Source: an uncultured Nitrososphaeraceae archaeon
GTDB lineage: Archaea > Thermoproteota > Nitrososphaeria > Nitrososphaerales > Nitrososphaeraceae
Assembly (NCBI GenBank): GCA_963825865.1
Contig: CAWGVG010000003.1
Coordinates: 64,001-128,000, forward strand
Direction: 5' to 3'
Length of the DNA stretch: 64,000 nt
The notes under the pieces: generated by a model
Database searches by the model: none
What the model saw: the letters and a program-made list of their open reading frames with translations, nothing else
What the model was told of the DNA's origin: nothing
Position numbers and translations under genes: made by a program
Shown here: in pieces, positions 59,533 through 64,000 of the stretch
How positions within the stretch are numbered: the stretch's first letter is position 1
How the letters are laid out: each line of letters opens with the position of its first letter

Positions 59533-60089
59533 ACACAAATAGAATATCTTATCGGTCAATATTCTAATAGCTTACTTAATCAGTATAATTATTCTTTGTT
59601 AATGAAAACTCTTAACTTGCCTAGCCCTATTTAATTCAAAAAATAAGAAGAAAGCAGCCAAAAATTCTGGAGGGGTCAGTATTCTAAAGAATGAAAAATC
59701 TTATTTCAATTCCGCAAGCATTGTAAGTTGTTTCTATGACATCTTCAATCCCGTAGATCAACATCAGAATATCTTTACCTGAGAATATGCCCTTTTTCTT
59801 CTAATGTGTGTCTACTTCTGCACCAAACAAATCTGCTTGGATATTTATTACCTTCAGAAAATGTGTTTACATTTTCTGAATATCCTCGTTCTGATAGAAA
59901 GCGATGACTAGTCCACAAATCAATTGTCTGTCACTTTCATCTTATCTTGAAGAATGTGTGTGTCATTATTAGATATTTGAATGGAGCATATGACAATTGT
60001 TATCTGATCCTCTAGTTTTCGACTATCCTCTTAAATAAGTGAGAATCCCTGCCTGCCTCTCCCTCTAACATTATAATAGATAAGCTACC

Positions 60090-61696
60090 TTAACCTAAGG
60101 AACTTAAGGTAGAGGCAGCAGGGGATTTGATTTCTCTTGCACTGAAATATTTTACATCTACGTCTGGAGCGTTATCCCATCTATAAACCGAAGTTGGACC
60201 TCCCCAAGTTATTATTTGGTCAGGGTCTCCACCACATGTTTTACCGTCTTGTCCGAATCCTCCAGAATCTATGAACTCATTTAATTTTACCCAGTTTCCA
60301 TCATTATTGCCATCAAGCCAGGACTCCATCTTTACAGCCGTCTTCCCATTTAGCGGAATGCTATATATAATAGTCTTAAAACCTATCCACTTGCCAAAAA
60401 GAGAAGCAAATGGAGTATTTTTATAGGGACTATATGCATAAGATACATGCCACTGTTCCTTTGCAAATCGGGTTTGCAGGGGACTCCCGCCAAAATTAAT
60501 CCATCCTTTATACGCGGTTCCTAAACATCCTTCAGGTCCATCAGACCCTGTATTCCTTGCATTTCGTGAATACCAGGTATAATGGCCACCTACTAAGTTC
60601 CCGGATGCACCTGTGACACTTCCTCCTACTTTATTCAATTTAACATATCCTGTTATCTCTACATCACGCCAATCGTTAGGCGTTTGCATGTATCCTTTGG
60701 CCGCTAGTTGTTTTTGATTAGTAGTAGTGATGAGTTCTGGATGATATCCTTTGGACGTATATGCACGAAACCTCACTGCATCACTCTTTATCTTCCAACT
60801 GCCATCTGAATTTTTTGTGAGTGTTGTCTGTGGCTCAGTTCTAGGATCATGGTTAGGATCATTCATATTCATGAACCATTCTTCATTTGTACGTCCTGTA
60901 GGATAGATCTCTTTTATTCCAAATGGATCTTTACCTATTGGTGGTTGAGTAACATGATTTACTGCAATATGGGCTGTGGCGCTACCAGTTAAATGATCTG
61001 GAGTAGTGGTTGTAACTGTCAATGTAAAGGACATTAACGTATTATTAGTCGAAACAGAGGGAGCTGTAAATGTAGCTATGGCTGAATTGGGATTACTTAG
61101 CGCAACAGGAGGACCAGCAGTCTGTGTCCATGCATATGTTAGTGGACCACTCTGTGGGTTAGGTACTTAAATGTCCATCAAGTGTAACATTAGTGCCCTC
61201 GTTGACCGTTTGGTCAGGCCCAACAATAGCAGTTGGTGGTAGAGGATTTGTAGTACCCCTGTTAACAGTTATACTTACTAATGCCTTGGTACGAGCAAAT
61301 CCATGATTATCTGTTGCCGTATATGTAAAAGCATCAGGTCCACCATATCCTGTCATTGGCGTATATCTGATGCTGTTGGGAGTAGAACCGACAGAAATAG
61401 TTCCATGGAATGGCCTATCTAATATGGTAAATGTTATAGTATCTCCAGGATCGGGGTAAGTGCCTGTTAAAGTGATCTCAGTTGGGGTATTTTCATTTGT
61501 TGTAACCGTCTTGGGATTAGGCAAAGGAGGATGATTAACAGAGAATAGAGAACCAAGTGACGATGGTAATACACTGTGCGATCGAGCAGATGCAAATTTA
61601 CCACCAGCAGCACCACCACCAACAACAATAACGATAGATGTTAAAAGCGAGCGTAATTGCAAAAAAGGTTGAAAGCGGTTTTATTAGTCTAGACAT
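60090..61696 (-). CDS. Secreted protein with cadherin/Ig-like and PKD domains and a C-terminal Trp-rich carbohydrate-active-like domain; frameshifted
   Basis: ORFs 61159-61662 and 60090-61034 are joined by TYAWTQTAGP; motifs DAFTYTATD and VGPDQTVNEGTNVTLDG; aromatic-rich C-terminal domain. Confidence 0.7.
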
Positions 61697-62472
61697 AATC
61701 TGTCACCTCATTTTTTAGCTCGCTATTATGAGCAAATGTAAAACATTTTAATTTTGATGTCTTCAGTATTCTCTTGGATTTTCGTAGCTCTGCTAATAAC
61801 ATCTGTCCTGATTTCACAAGGCAACACTCGGGGAATTAATATTTAATATGTGCTTTACCTTGTACTCGATATTGTATTAATTGTTATTCGATATAAAAAA
61901 AAACACTTACTAATGGCTATAACTATTCCATCGTATAAGCGATTGTTTTGAGGGTAAAGTAATATATGACAATGTTAGAATGTTAAATCGCGATTAAAAT
62001 ATTAACAAGCGAATCAATATACCGAATCGCCCTCATCTCCCTCCTTACTGTTTTTTTGCAATCCCAATTTTCTAAGTATTAAACTGAAAGTAAATTATGA
62101 GTTAAATTAATGAATAGAATAAGTTTGTTATAACCTCATTTGTCAATATATTTTTTAAAATCCCCATGTCATATGATCTTCTGGCCTCATCGAATCTCGT
62201 AATAGCGTTGTCGCATATGATCATTTTCGTAGTTTGAAACGTTGTATATATGAATCCGTATATGAGAAATCTCTACAACAGAGTAGTGGTGCCTGCCTGA
62301 AACCTTGATGTAAAGCCTCTTTCTATTATTCTTTGTTCCTACGTAATCCTGATTGTGATGATTTCAAAACTTCCCTTGCCAGGATGAAAAGCATATCCTC
62401 CTACTTGCAAGAGCAATTGTGTTTAATATGATGTTTCACTGAATTGTCTTTCTTCCAATTAACTTTGGTTGC

Positions 62473-63829
62473 TTATCCTGGAGGAGAAGTGTCGGTGGGG
62501 GAAGAAGACGTGTCTGGAGGAGAAGTGTCTGGAGGAGGAGAATTATTATTAGGAGTGCTACTATTTTCTATTCTATTAGCATAAAGCGTATTGACTTGAT
62601 CAAGACCAGGATCAATCCTCAAGGGATTTTTGGCATTTATGATATTGTTATCATGCACCTTATTGGCAGAAGAGTTGCTAATCAAAACAATACCCGATTT
62701 GCCATTTGAAATTGTATTATTGTATATCTCATTATTGTGTGACTGAGAAACGTGAATAGCTCTGGACTGACCGTAGATGTTATTGTCCCTAGCAATAGAA
62801 TTAGTCACATTTCTGCTAAATGCTATTCCAGACCCTGTATTATTATAAACTACATTTTTTTCAAAAAGTATGTTATAGCAATCTTGCGAACAGATTATAG
62901 CTGTACCATTATTGCCATATACAGTGTTATTTCTAATTACCATATCATGGGTTCCTGTATGTGGATCTATGCCATAATGACCCATATCATGAACTTTATT
63001 GTTTTCAATCACCATATTTCCTACGCCGACTGAATAAAACCCAAAATATAGATGGTGTATATCATTATTTCTTATTACACTACCATCCCCAGCCAAATGA
63101 TAATGGATGCCAGATGTTCCTGTACCCATCCTCCTTCATATCCTAAATATGCAATCTCTGAGTTTGTAATATTTAGTGTGCCCGTTCCATAGTCGTTCTA
63201 TTCTAAAATATGGCCTTGGGGCTCCTACATGAACTATTTTTCCAGAAGTTTCTCTTGATCCATGACTTTCAACATACATCATTTGTTTGTGGATTCCAGG
63301 AAGTTACTTTTACTGAATCTATCTTCATACTACCATAGACATGTATGCCATATGCAAGAGTGTTGCCATCTGAAATTATTTTTAGCCATTTGGTATCTTT
63401 GGAATCGATATTTAATGTAGATCCAGGTTGTATGGTCACATTTGCATTTAACAACCATACTCCATTATTATTATTATCGGGATCTTTGTACAAAGCCTTA
63501 TTTTCAGCTCCTCCAAGCTGTTCATATATATCAGTTAGGCTTACAGGAGATTTGCATGACACCGTGATTGTGAGAGTTGCTGCATCATAGGCTATACACC
63601 CTGATTCCGGTAATGCATAGGCTGTTTGTATTTGCTCATTTGATGGTATTGAAAAACTTGGAAAGGCAAATGTCGAAAGTATCAGTACAATAGCAGTAGT
63701 AATACCTGCGTATAGTACCTTAGTCGAATACTTGGCAATACAACATGTGTGATGTAGTTTTTTTTTACTTCTATCCATAATCGGCTGAATAGTGTTACAT
63801 CTTGAAACAATATAATTGAGATGAAACAA
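62473..63829 (-). CDS. Secreted right-handed parallel beta-helix protein (AlgG/NosD-like), frameshifted near 63270
   Basis: PbH1 repeats (IENNKVHD, IRNNTVYGN), YGIDPH motif, WLLNANVTI, ITNSEIAYLGY linker frame and a Pro/Ser tail. Confidence 0.8.
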
Positions 63830-64000
63830 ATTTTACGTTGATAAGTGTATAACACGTATATTTACACTTTACTGCATTTTTGAAGTTTTTATATATTATT
63901 ATGCTATGTTATGTCATATCAAATAAAGCAATTACCTTAGCAAGCAGCATACGGAGCATTATTAGGTTTGTTAGAGAGAAAAGATAAGAACAGCAGTAAA

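Overview
AT-rich archaeal chromosomal segment whose gene content points to a soil ammonia-oxidising thaumarchaeon (Nitrososphaeraceae-like; inferred from gene families only). Core genes include acylphosphatase, cobalamin cbiH/cobJ, the archaeal CoA cluster (pantoate kinase, phosphopantothenate synthetase, panB, coaBC), a PhoU/AbrB regulator, queD/queC, valS, a PfkB kinase, ubiX, XPB, Dim2-KH, RIO1 and DUF424. These are interleaved with secreted discoidin, Ig, cupredoxin and beta-helix proteins and small HTH or zinc-finger ORFs. Single-base indels split many genes, including essential ones, which most likely reflects long-read consensus error. The standout signal is a sharply bounded ~1.1 kb tract (44221-45355) with almost no cytosine on the + strand. 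Translated by hand it is a full-length IS481-like DDE transposase whose coding-strand C's appear to have been replaced by T or A, and it is bracketed by an exact 12-bp GGGAGAGGGAGA direct repeat. This is a candidate strand-specific transposon hypermutation or modification system, but a sequencing artefact must be excluded first. Other points of interest are a decayed provirus-like island (31.6-37.8 kb) carrying a fused Topo VI B+A (Topo VIII-like) gene and split terminase-like fragments, a helically phased iteron array upstream of an RHH-like gene, a stand-alone duplicated pro-peptide-like module, and an AlgG-like beta-helix protein. No rRNA, tRNA or CRISPR array was recognised.
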